From Paraphysomonas bandaiensis (lineage: Eukaryota; Protista; Chrysophyceae), in NCBI GenBank assembly GCA_965644295.1, contig CBFFRP010000431.1:1-64000 (forward strand): a DNA stretch of 64,000 nt. The letters are read 5' to 3'. This document shows positions 24,389 to 36,661 of the stretch, one piece after another. The number at the start of each line of letters is the position of its first letter. Positions within the stretch are counted from its first letter, which is position 1. The notes beneath the pieces were generated by a model. It did not search any database, was not told where the DNA came from, and was given only the letters and a program-made list of their open reading frames with translations. The translations under genes and the position numbers were made by a program.

Positions 24389-25342
24389 TCTCCTCTCCCT
24401 GCTTCAGTAATCAGTAGATACGAATGTAAAGTAGTTAGCACTGGGTACAAGGACAGTGTAAATGGATGTAAATCTGGTTATGGAGCTTATGAATTATCAC
24501 CCTTTGGTCTTATATATACATACATGCATACACATACACCTGATACAACATACATATACAATCCCATATCATACTGCTGTATCCCTCCTGCCTGTTGTTG
24601 CAGTACAAAAATAATTAATATGACAGTTAATTTCCGCTTTCTGGAAAGTGTTTTTTTTTAACAATCATACAACAGCGTCTGTTCCGGAACGACTTAGAAG
24701 TGTACGTACAGCAGGGGTGCATTTTCAGCCAAAATTTTGATTTTTTGATATATCTAGAGTATATCGTAGGTACTCGAGATGTACTGTGTACCGCAAAACT
24801 GGAAAAGTTACATTTTTTTACAACCAGCTACAAAAACAATTTTAAATCACGAATATGCAAAAATGACCTTTTACACTATCGTGCACTCAGTATGGTTTAA
24901 CTTTGCTCGCTCTCTTCTCTTTTTCGCACGATTCGTAAAATTGTATATCTACAATATCTACAATCATCAACTAAAATTGTTTTTTCGTCTTCGTAAAATT
25001 GTCGGAAAACTGTTTTTTTTTTGTTTCAAGACGCTGCTACATATGTGCGTTGTATGGATATACAGCAGTATATATACTGTATATATCTATAGCAGCAGTA
25101 CAGTATGGTATAGTGAGCTGTGTGCTGTAAGGATTATCATACTAATTCAACTCAAGTCTAACAATCACACACCTCAATTAGAGGAATCACAGTCAACTAT
25201 ACAACCTTACCGCTAACACTCCACTACAGGGATATCACTCCATCTCTGTGGCTCCATTAAAAGGATCCCAACAGTTCATATAATTATATACAAGTAGTTG
25301 ATATCATTCTATTAGTATAGAACGCTCAGTCAATACGATCTT

Positions 25343-27978
25343 ATGGCTAAAGTCATCGGAGGAGATTGGGTGGAATGTCTAGATAAGAACAGGAATAAAG
25401 TCTACTATGCGAATGTAGTGACTAAAGAGACGACATGGTCATTTCCTCAGGAGCTAATGAATGATAAGTCTGCTGTTGATCAGCCTGATCATTGGGTAGA
25501 GGCCGTGGATGCCCAGTCCAAGAAGAAATATTATTACAATAAGATCACTCGCGAGACTAGCTGGCATAAACCAAAGTGCTTAGAACCGAGGCGATCCAAT
25601 GCAAATTTTATGGATGGTGAGTGAGTGGATGTGTATGGTGTGTATTTTTGTTCCGTTGAAGCTGTATGCGTAGCTGCATATAAACTTTGCATACTTATCC
25701 GACACTGCTATTTCTCATTTCCTACCTTTCAGGACGTCGTAATTCTGGTAGCCAAAATCTAGCGTCTCTCTTGAGTGGTTTGCGCCCAGTGGATCCCTCT
25801 TCAGAGAGCAACTCTAATGAAGAAGCACCAAGCTGCCCGCGTGCAGGAGCCACCAGTCCACATCGAGGCATCGCACTACCTGGAATGGACCGTAACTCCT
25901 CCGACAATCGCGGGCGATCGGTATCTCCATTGCCAAGCCAAGTGAAGGCAGAACGTTTAGCTGATCGTTCTACATCCCCTCCCCCTGCTAAGGGGAAAAC
26001 GAAAGCGTCCGCCTTTGCTGCCCTCCGTGCGCTAGAAGAACAAGAGCGTCTATCAACTTCCGAATGTCCGGAAGATGAACATGTGGTTGGCTTCGATGAC
26101 TCAACTATGCCACGTGGATATATTCGCCCGCCATCTAGCACCGTTAGCTCAATGTCTGAGGCTTTCCCCGTCCGTCCCTCGACGTGCAGTACTGTGTCTA
26201 TATATGACAACCTTGGTGCGGATACCCTCACTACAGCGGATTTAATTGCCAAGGCAACCATGACTATGGAACAATATGCTGAGATGCATTTTAAGTTTGA
26301 TCGAAAGGGTATTCTCGGAGGGGTGACCACCACAGAGAAGTTATTATCATGGAAAAATGAACTCCTTCGTACCGCACTGCATCCGTTTCATGGAGAGCTA
26401 CTGAGCGACTCGCTACAATTATTTCGAAATATCACGGGCTATATGGGAGATAGAGAAACTAATAAATCACAAAAAGACCATGCACACAAGATTCTAACGG
26501 TTGCGCTATTGTCATCCCAAGAGCTTCGTGATGAACTGTTGTGCCAAATCTGTAAACAGCTGACTGGGAATCCGTCCTCGTACTCGCGTAAGCAGGGGTG
26601 GCAACTTCTACTGATTTGTCTTACGACCGTGGCCCCAAGTGATGACTTACTTCCTGCATTGCTTTCCTTTTGTAAGAGTCATATGAATGACAATGACGAG
26701 AGTATTGCACAACTTGCGGAGGTGACGTTGCATAAGTGCTATAAATCCGCCACAATGTTGGGAATTCGTCATGAGGTGCCATCAGTGGTAGAGATGGAAG
26801 CACTAAAACAGGTTAGACATGACTGATGTGCACATTAAACTAATACGTTGTTGTTTTTGATCAGATCCGCTGCATTAAAGTGAGAGTTTGGTTTGTAGAT
26901 GGCAAGCACATGACATTAGATTGTGATTCATGGGTTTCCGTAAGCGAATTAGAAGATATAATCGCCATTAAGCTCGGTATACATAGCGCTAGCGCGTTCG
27001 GTTTGTATGAGGTATCTACAACCGAAGATGAAAGGTATGTTTGCTTATCATCAATGATAATTGTATTGACATGACATAATACTTTTCTGCTCTTACTGAG
27101 CAGGCCCCTGAAGCCTGAGGAACGTATTCTTGACCTCGTTGCTGTGTGGCAGCACATCGAATTAGAAGATATCGCTAACGGAAAAAACGATGACAACTCT
27201 CATATTGAGGAGTTTCGATTTGTTTACAAGGTATCTATCTTTCAAAAGATGTGGGCATGGCATGCCAAAACACAACTCAAATTGAATATTTTTCGACTAG
27301 TATGTTTTTTAAGTAACCAGAATCGCTGTATGTATTTAGGTAAAGTATTTTCTGGATATAAATGAGAGCGACAAGGCCGGAATCGAAATGATGTACATTC
27401 AAGCAGTGTTTGATGTTGTTAATTCGACCTATATGTGTATGGTCGAGGATGCGTACACCCTTGCCGCCCTTCAGATGCAGGAGAAGTATGGAGACTACGA
27501 TGAAAATACTGCGGGTTCAATAATACGCTATAGCTTAGGGTCGTTGCTCCCCCAGCGAAATTTAACTTCAACTAACAATACTGTCGCCATTTGTGAAAAA
27601 GTTCTTAGGAAATACGCGAAGTTGGCGGGATACTCCAACATTGAAACTCGACTTAGTTATTTGGATTTCGTAAAGCAGTTCCCGTCCTACGGCTCGGCTT
27701 ACTACTTCGCCACTCCAGCTTTCCAGAGTAATCTTCCAAAGGAGCTGGCTATCGCAATAAATAACAATGGTGTAAGCTTGGTTGACAATTACTCGAAGGA
27801 GTACATTGAGCAATACAAGTACCAAGATATCATTACTTGGGGACATTCCCCCAGTCAGTTTGTGTTGGCTGTGGGAACTCTCGCGAATCAGAAGAAGTTG
27901 ACTTTCAACTGCACAGACGGTAAAGATATGAGTGACATGATTCATGCTTATGTAGACTCTAAGCCGAAGCCGAAATAG
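25343..27978 (+). CDS. WW-WW-MyTH4-FERM protein (no motor domain), 5 exons
   Basis: Two WW domains (W..YY.N..T.ETTW / ETSW..P); MyTH4 (LFRNITGYMGD, LRDELLCQICKQLTGNP, GWQLL); FERM lobes (LAALQMQ..YGD, YL..VKQFPSYGS, WGHS). Confidence 0.85.
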
Positions 27979-28590
27979 AAGATCCTCTGTGGGTACGCGC
28001 GACACGCTAATTTATCTGAGATATTATGGAACACTGTATATTGTTTATCATATTGCAATTCAGTATGATGGAATGGTGAAGGCGTAATATCGCGGTTCCA
28101 ACTGTAATAATAAGGGCGTATTGGTGGTGTAGCAATTCCAGGTGCGAGTAGTTTCGTCATTGAATAGCAGTGTACACGTTCAGTTTGGTTTGTACTCATA
28201 TACAAACCAATTTAACGGAATAACTGAAGACAAGTCGAAGAGACTTGGAATTAAAGTATTTCGTACGTAGCACTCTTTCTGTTACTAAGCTCCGGCTATT
28301 ATATGAACTTAGTAGTAAGGCACAACAATGTACTGGAATAAAAAACGTCCTGTAATAATACATAATACCGCTGAAAACACGCAGCAAAATGTAAAATTCT
28401 AGAATATTATATTGTATACCTTAAACTTAAAGTATTGAGTAGTCGAAGCAATGGTAAAATGAAAGGGTGTTGAGTGGCTGTATTGAGTGCAGCGTTTGTT
28501 TAATGATATCAGGTAGCAGAAGCGAGCACGTCTAAACAAGCAAGCTCGATACTGCATCCTGAAGCACTTGCATACCACAACCAATAATGT

Positions 28591-28650
28591 TAGTAGTGAA
28601 TGTCTTATTATGATTAACGATTAACTATAGGCGTGTAAGAGTCAGAATTA
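28591..28650 (-). mobile_element. LINE-type 3'-terminus fragment (reverse orientation)
   Basis: tagtagtgaatgtctta...taggcgtg.aagagtcag matches 2534-2570 and 61968-62012. Confidence 0.6.
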
Positions 28651-28689
28651 AGAATTAATAATCAACAATGTTGAAATATTATTTACTAG

Positions 28690-29165
28690 AGAGCTAAATG
28701 CTGGAGAATGTGTTTGGCGCGCAATAAAGCTGTGCTTCAACCTCGCGAGGACTTCGTACTCTAGAAAAGGCAGTTGTCAATCTTCTCCAGCCGGAGTTCC
28801 AATATACCCCCTCGCCCATGTGTCTCAGGCTAGGAGAACTCGACTAACTAATTCAGAACTCTGTGCCTCCCCAAAGCCCTGCAGAACCCTACCCTAAGCG
28901 GTGCCCACTGACCACACCCATCTACACTCCAAGGACTCACGTCCATAGAGATCTTCTCCCTCACATAAAAGAATGGAAGTGACTTCACCTTGGTGCTTGC
29001 GGCGACGCAATAGCAGATTTCGTAGTGTTACATATTATTATTATATAAGGATATGAGAATTTGTGTTACAGGTAGAAGTCTATCTAGCTTGACTAGTTTT
29101 TATCTAGCTACTTATCTAGTGCAGATTCTTGGTGCCTATAATTGCTAATAAAAGACTTTCATACA
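28690..29165 (+). mobile_element. Degenerate 3' fragment of a related LINE
   Basis: The remnant LRTLEKAVVNLLQP resembles LRNLETVVINLLQP of the 2536-4917 element; it is followed by the tail hairpin (28994-29016) and the gcctat..ttgctaat..agac terminus. Confidence 0.75.
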
Positions 29166-29197
29166 TGCTAATAGCTTGTTTTGACTTAATAATTCCT

Positions 29198-29308
29198 CAG
29201 GTTTCAGAGTGCACCAAGTACGTAGTTTAGTATTGATTAATTGCAATACTATTGACTACAACTTTAGTCAATTAATAGACCATTAGATAATTGTTGAAAA
29301 CCGACCTG
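29198..29308. mobile_element. Putative short MITE (CAGG...CCTG ends)
   Basis: Terminal CAGGT/ACCTG inverted ends and internal similarity to 20095-20202; no clear target-site duplication. Confidence 0.35.
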
Positions 29309-29810
29309 CAGGTGAAACCAACTCGTAGTTGTAACTTCACTGATGAATATAATATATATGAAAATGATTATATGCATGTTCACCAGATTTTTCACGAATA
29401 TGCTGTGAATTGTTTGGTTAATAATACTTAATAATTACAATTCTTTCTTGAGAGTATGTTGTGGTGTGCAACACGGCAAGTTTGAGGTTGACATATAGCG
29501 CAAAGTTAACTTCAGTGTAATATCCAATTCTAAAAAGGCTTGTCGTGTTGTGATCATCTTGCTAGGTACAGTTAGGTGTTTAAAAAATGTCAAATCCATG
29601 TGAATAAGATAGAAATATTACAACACAGATTACGTATTAACTCCCATTGACAATAACATAACAGGCAAGAAAAATTTAACAATATTGACAAACACTGGCC
29701 ATCAATATTAGTCTATATTAAATTGTAATTAATTCTTGAAGCTTCCAAATTGTAGACAACAATTTTGTGCTCTAGGTTCTATATTGCCTGATCGACATCG
29801 ACGCATATAT

Positions 29811-32279
29811 TTAGGGCAATAACTCTCCTGTTTCACTGTCTATAGAATCTACACGAATTGGTCTTTCTTTTTCTATAGACAAGACAACTGCTGTTGTTAA
29901 TAAAACCGCATTGGGAGCAACTTGTCCCAAGTATATCTGTGGACTACCCTCACGAATAATATCCATAAATGCCGCGACCTGAAGTTTCCGTAGTTCCTTC
30001 ATAGATAAAAGACTGTGACTTTCTCCCTCCTTCGAACTACTCGAATAGTTCATTGTACCATTAGACCCAGACAACCCAATATGGTAATCATATTGGCAAC
30101 ATGAGTTCTGAAAGATGTCTAGGACGGCAACGGCACCAGAAGCCAGTTGCAGTACTACTATAAGAGACTCGGAGTCAACGTGAATTACTCTCCGCGCAAA
30201 AACTTCGGTTACGGTGGAGTTAAGAAGGTAGGTTGCGACATCAATATCGTGTGTAATACCTCCATGAATACCATCTACAGACAGAAGTACCGTACAATTT
30301 ACACAACGACTAATACGCAAAGCATATGATATACAGCTATACAAAACGACAGTCCTAAAGCACTAGTTAAAGTACTTGTGCTAAACACTGAACGCTAACC
30401 ATAGTAGTGGACTATTCGTCATGTTTTTTACTCACCTTGTAGCAGTGACCCTGGGTGACGGGAAACAATATGCAAATGCAACGGCATCCCAACTTCCCCA
30501 CTTGCCACTTTTTGCCTAAAATCCCTGAGACAGTGGTCGAAACGTCTATCCATCCCAAACATACAAATTGCTTGTAGCTCTTTTAATTCCAAAACAATAT
30601 TCGCCATATCTATGACACTGGGAGGCCGCAATATATGGTAATAAACAGGCTTTCCCTCCTGAGCTACTCTAGTAACAATGACCTCGGCATCCTCGTCTGT
30701 AGTACACAGGCACACCACATCGACATCAGGGCTACTTATGAGGTCGCACCAATCGAACGTATACGTTGACACTTTATACATCTCGCACATTGCGATAGGA
30801 TCACCGTTCATTGCACACACCAAAGCAATGTCAAAATTGGGATTTTCGGTAAAAGCGGCGCAGTACATGTCGCACTCCGTTCCAGATCCAATAATCCCGA
30901 TTCTAATAGCATACATCTCAGTTGTATCTTTATTGGGCGATGTATCCTTAGTAGCAGCCACTTGCTTTTGAAGTTCTACTGCATTTTCTCCTTCAAGTGC
31001 AGATGCAACATGGCTGGGATCTATAATTTCCGATGGTCTTCGCTTCACTATCGGACGACTTGTAACTGTGTATGGCGGAAGAATATCATAATCCTTTAGC
31101 CGAATTGTTTCGTCGTACTCCTCAGACCATGTCAAATAATGTACAAAGTATTCTTCTTCGTGTTTGCTAATCACCTCCGCGGTGTACCAGTCAGAAAATC
31201 GGATGTGATAGATATCAAATATATCTCCTGGCTTCAGGTGATGCTTCCACTTCCCTACTATTTCCTTACCCCTTTCCAGTAGATCCGGACAGTGATTTGA
31301 CAGTAGTATACATTTGGCCTTGTCTCTGTGTGTTTTAGCTAGCGAAGAGCTATCAAGGTTTAACAAATGAGAACGGTACTCTGATATTGCATGCTTTACT
31401 CGCTCTTCATGCTTCTGTGCAGAATTCGCGATAGCATCCCCAGGTGATTCTGAGTCAGAGGTAGGAGAGTCAGAGCAGCTCAATGATCTAGAAGATCACT
31501 TAGTCAAAGCCAATATCAGATTATTAGGTTCGTATATTAATAACAGCTCAACACATATATAGCACCAATGTGGGTGGAAGGCGAACCACTATACAGACTT
31601 TACCTGTTTCGTGGGCGGTAGGTAGATCGTTCAGGTGTTATCAATTCACCATCTTGCCACGACTCCGACCGCTGACGTGTAACTATAAAATCACCATATT
31701 AAACATGTAGTACTCCAATAATGCAGAATCAAATATAGAAATAGACTCTGATTAATACTTACGTGCTTTAGTTCGTGATTCCTTATCAGAGATACGCTTC
31801 GGTGAGTTTGGCTTTGCTAACAGACTCATTGATTCGATATAAGCATTTACTTGCTTGAAATCCATTTTACGTAAAGCAGCTGATCGACGTCGTGCAAGAG
31901 TTGACATGATATTTAAAGGAACACTCCATGAAGTTTGCTTTGTAGTAATATTCTCATAATATGGATGACCAGAAGATGTCAAGTGAGTGATATAGCGAAC
32001 AGCAGTACGTGGTACGTCCTCTGGCATCTCCCATATACAATCTCCTGTACGAAGATTCACATAAAAAGTGACTTTATCGGCTGTATATTGTTGCATATAT
32101 ATATCATGTGTAGTGTCTGTCTTTATACTATCATGTATTGATAATTTACTTCGATCTGACTTCTGTACTTCACTTTCACTTCGTTTAATTGGATGACTTC
32201 GTCTTTGTATGGTTTTATTCACTGTATCAGACGAAGCCGCTCGAGATACTTTAACATGCCGTTTGTTCGATTTGTCCAT
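29811..32279 (-). CDS. Fusion protein: WW-like domains + chromo-barrel/Tudor-like domain + Gfo/Idh/MocA oxidoreductase-like domain, 4 exons
   Basis: FYVNLRTGDCIWEMP and PYYENITTKQTSWSVP (WW-like); WYTAEVI...YFVHYLTWSEEYDETI (chromo barrel); IRIGIIGSG, DLISSPDVDVV.LCT, RRFD and HDID (inositol-dehydrogenase-like). Three GT-AG introns restore one continuous frame. Confidence 0.7.
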
Positions 32280-32660
32280 ATTAGATACGTGTATTAACAG
32301 CTGTTAAAATATTTATCAATGGCGGAAGGGTCCCTTATTTAACATGACCTACTAAACACACTCTAGCTAAAAACACTTAAACATATCCTGCAGATATGCT
32401 GTGAATCATTGCAGATAGGTACTCCGCACTGTGGTGGTGGAATGTGAGACACACTTACGCATATCCAGAGAATACAGTGTATACGTTAAATACTACAAGT
32501 TATACACAGCAGTGCATGGTATATACGTATATATGGTCTGTGGAGAGCACGCCCCTCTAACGCTCTTAGAGAGGTCTAGTGATTAACCAAGTCCATCTAT
32601 TTCAGGATTGAGTATTCGGTTAATTTGGTTAATTTATCTTTAGCAAGTTAGTGAGGTAGA

Positions 32661-33409
32661 ATGTCTTCCATCAACGAAGGTGACATGGTTATCCCTGGTG
32701 ATTCTATCGGTAGGGCTGCTGAGTATGAATGTGGCATGGGAACATATGTATCGGCAGATTATATTGTATCATCAGTAATCGGAAAAGTCGTCTGCGAGGA
32801 CCCCATTCCTCCCTCAACAAAACGCCGCATTAATGTAATATCAGATTCCCAAGTTAATAGTAAGGAAGCTGTTTTAGAAATTGGAGACATTGTTATGGCT
32901 CGTGTGCTTCGTATTAGTATTAATCAAACTTCAGTCGATATTTTATCTGTTGGGGATAGAGTTCTTCGACAACCCCCCAAGGCAATCATTAGACGAGAAG
33001 ATATCAGACTTTCGGAGACAGATACATTGGTCATGCATGAGTGCTTTAGACCCGGTGATATTGTTCGCGCGGCTGTCATTTCTCTAGGAGATGCCCGTCA
33101 ATACTTTCTTAGTACAGCAGAACCTGAGTATGGTGTCGTATATGCTGCTGGGGAAAAGTCTGGAGAGAAACTTGTTCCGATTAGCTGGAAGGTGCGAATA
33201 TCTATAGCGTATTTCAATGATCATATTATCTGTGTTATGTACGAACCGTTGTTATTGGTATATGCCTTATTTGTAAGCCAGTGTGATTGAACTATATATC
33301 TCCTGATGTAGTCTCGTCATATAATTTTTGCTTGTTGTATCAGGAAATGGAGGATCCCGTTACGAAAACAAGAGAATTGAGAAAAGTTGCGAAGCCAACA
33401 TCTGTCTAG
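32661..33409 (+). CDS. CSL4: Exosome complex component CSL4 (EXOSC1), 2 exons
   Basis: VIPGD..G.GTY, IRREDIR, FRPGDIVRA.VISLGD...YFLSTA..E.GV and spliced C-terminus ISWK|EMEDPVTKTRELRKVAKP. Confidence 0.92.
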
Positions 33410-33751
33410 ATTAGCATGCATTTAACTTAGTTTTATGAATTGTTTTTAATGATGTCCGTTTTATATTACTCTTACTGCTGGCGTTATTGACAGGGAAGTA
33501 CATACACAATATCTCTGTTGTAGTTGACATTTTTAGGAGAAATTATGTGCACATATGCACGGTGGACAGATATAGGAATACGGTTTACATCGCACCTGTT
33601 GCTTATAAGAAACTAGATTCACATTGTAAGGTTGGACAACACATCTACGTGTCAAATTACTTTCTTTCTATATAAATGAAGTAAATTAACTTTAAAGAGA
33701 ATTAATCCATGCTGTTAAAGATCATACCAGATACTAGGCATAGATATAAGT

Positions 33752-33918
33752 CAGGGCTTTGCACCTTTTAATTAAAAAGCTTTCGGTATATGACTATCAA
33801 AATATTTTTACAATATATTGTGAGCTACCGTAACAGTAACAATATTGATGGAAGAGTAGGCCGGTCCACCAAGAAATATATTTTACAATATGATTGAATG
33901 CGTTGTTCCCTAGCCCTG
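33752..33918. mobile_element. Putative hAT-type MITE
   Basis: Ends CAGGGCT...AGCCCTG; the 8-bp flanks ATATAAGT and ACAAAAGT match at 6 of 8 positions, consistent with a decayed target-site duplication. Confidence 0.4.
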
Positions 33919-34677
33919 ACAAAAGTAAAACCCAGGCAGTGAGTTCTATAGTTGGAAGACTGCAATCATCAAACTATATGACAGACCCACATCACTTGTT
34001 ACTTCCCATGAATGAATAATATCCAAACTATCACATATGTAGTTTGATATTTGATAGTACATAATATATAATACAGCGTTTAGCTTCTACCTGATTCTTA
34101 TTCACGAATATACTTCTGTAGTTGAGCTACTAATCATAGCATTGCTGAATTTTCAAGTGCATTCGTTGCTCGACGTATTTTGGTAGAGCGCAATTGTGCC
34201 AAGTTTAATATCCACCTAAACTGTCACAGAAACCATTCAAGTGTCCGAATTCGGATTGTTATACCTTATGATCGTTTCATAAATACAGCTAAGCAATATC
34301 ACAGAGTGAAAATACTTAACGGTTGAGCTCCCTGGTTAGATATGCCATTGTGTTGCATAAGAGGAGGCATGATGATAGGGGTGTGGACTCTTCAAGTCCA
34401 CGGTGGAGATGGTCAAAACCAGCTCTTTTCTGTTTTTTCCTATAGAAAACCGAAAAGGTACAAAATTATACATGGGTTTCAGGTTTTTTTAGTCCATATT
34501 CCAGTATTCACACCACTGAACATACCAAAAATGAAAAGTGGTTGTCTGTACACAGTAGTACATCATGGTACAGTATATATAGAGCTGCACCAGCATGAAT
34601 ATACAATCCCATATTTTCTTATTGTGGATGGTTGCTTTTCTACTTCCACTCCTGCTGTAACTGAACTCTTTCAATCA

Positions 34678-35627
34678 ATGTTATCTCAAGGTGTTATTCA
34701 TCCAGCGAAACGTCCAGAATCATGTGTTCTACCCGAGAAGATGAAGCTGGAGGAGGTGCAGCGGTGTCCCCCTAAGTACACAAAACTATTTCAAGAGGTG
34801 CTGTGTGACATGTTTCAGTGTGAGAACTTATCTCAACTTCATGAATGCGATCATGGTCCGATCGAAACTATGATTCCAGCACTATACCACGCCAGAATAC
34901 AGGCAAAACTAGAGAAAGGTAGCAGGGGAATGGGCGAGGACAGGTCCGTGGGAAAGCGAATTATAAAATCTCAAAAAGCTGCTTGGCGAAATAATGCTCA
35001 TCTTCAGAAATTAGTCGAAGTATACAAGTCGTTCGTGTTTGAGTGTATTTTACCTCAATTTGCGGACTATGGTGAAATTATATACCAAGCGGAACCGATT
35101 ATCCGTATAGTTTTTCCTGGTTCAGTAGCTCCTGCAAAGTTGCATGCGGATGCTGATTTCTGGCACCAGTCTAATGAAATTAACTACTGGGTACCTTTGG
35201 TTCGAGTACAAGGGGAGAATAGCTTGTGGGTTGAGAGTACTCCCAATCAAGGTGGGGCAGTTGTCTGATACTCTTGTATTCATAACGCTCTCATTGTAAA
35301 GGTGACTTCCATTCACTTGATTTAGATGGCAGTGTAGGGGAGTACATACGATTCTATGGCAACCAATGCCGCCACTATACTACTGACAACTCTACAGATA
35401 GCACACGGGTATCATTCGATTTTAGAGTCATTCCTGCATCTTTGTTCAGAAATGTTGAGGGTCCCAGTGCTGAAGCTGCGGACCCAGAAGCTGTGAATTC
35501 TCTGGAAAGCACGGAAAATGCAAAAGTTTGGTGTGGGGCCAAACCACGAGGAGCGAAACCTCTACTTGAGGGAAAGTACTACTTGCGAATGTCGCCTTCG
35601 GATGAGCATTTAGTCGTTCGCGATTAG
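34678..35627 (+). CDS. PhyH-like 2-oxoglutarate/Fe(II) dioxygenase, 2 exons
   Basis: HxD motif in LHADADFWH, EINYWVPL, SLWVES, distal His and Arg in FYGNQCRH...N...TRVSFDFRVIP. Intron at ~35252-35301. The start at 34678 is inferred; the upstream ORF extension looks non-coding. Confidence 0.7.
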
Positions 35628-36661
35628 TATAATTGTCAAATAAAAGAAGTCATGTATATGTACAGTACTATTTATAATATCAAATACTTCAAGAGTTTGA
35701 AATATATATTTTTTTAAGTTATGTTTACTTTTAACACCACGTGCTGTTTTAACCGTTCCAATATGTTTAGGCAACATACTGCTGCCTAAATTGGTGGGTT
35801 TTGGACTTATGTCACAGGGTCGTGTCAAACTGCCATTTTACCACAATGTAGCTGATCATGAGTGAGTGCTCAGATATTTATCTAAGAATAACCAGAAAAA
35901 TAAGATATGCTGTTTATAGTTTATATTGATCGAAGGGTTTCAACTTATTAGAATTCATGATATACACTCGAATGCTTTAAAAACTTATGTTGCTTATAAT
36001 TCATATACTTATGGACATACTAGCAAAAAATAGGCAACAAGATTTTCTTGCAGGAGTAGCATGATTGCTACCCGGGTGCAACAAAATCGTTAGAGTACAA
36101 GTGCAAGTGAACTAAATTAATCGCCTAGCTGATGATCGTCACACATCCCAACAGCGAATAGTCCAGAAAGAGGCCATCCCTTGATGACGCTGTAAAGTAT
36201 ATTCTGCCAGGCAGCGACGAGAGGTATTACAGTTCCCAATCACATCATAACGGTCACTAGTATGCGAGTTGTCTTTTCACAAAATCAACCTTTATATGAC
36301 TACAGTCCACGTACCGTTATGGGCAACAGAATAGCAAAGTCATGCAAGGATTAGAGGCATTTTAAGTGAATAGGAGACCATTGAGTGCAGTGATCTAAGA
36401 TATGGATGGATGCATTGGTGACGAAGACCTCATACAGCTGCATGCATATCTGTACTTTTCTGTGTCATTTCTGCAATAGTATCACAATTCTACCAATTTT
36501 ACAAAATATTCTAAAATTTTTGAAGATACTCGGATTTCTAGCTCTGTAATATTTGAGTAGTATGCGTACAAAAACTAAAAGCAACAATCTCATGCATTTC
36601 ATCCCACATCACTTTACTATACATGCATCCTCTCCCACTCCTAGTTAAGTAAAGAGACATC

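Noticed and set aside
34342-34677. N-terminal extension of the dioxygenase ORF
   Set aside because: The composition resembles upstream non-coding DNA; probably a chance open frame before the ATG at 34678.
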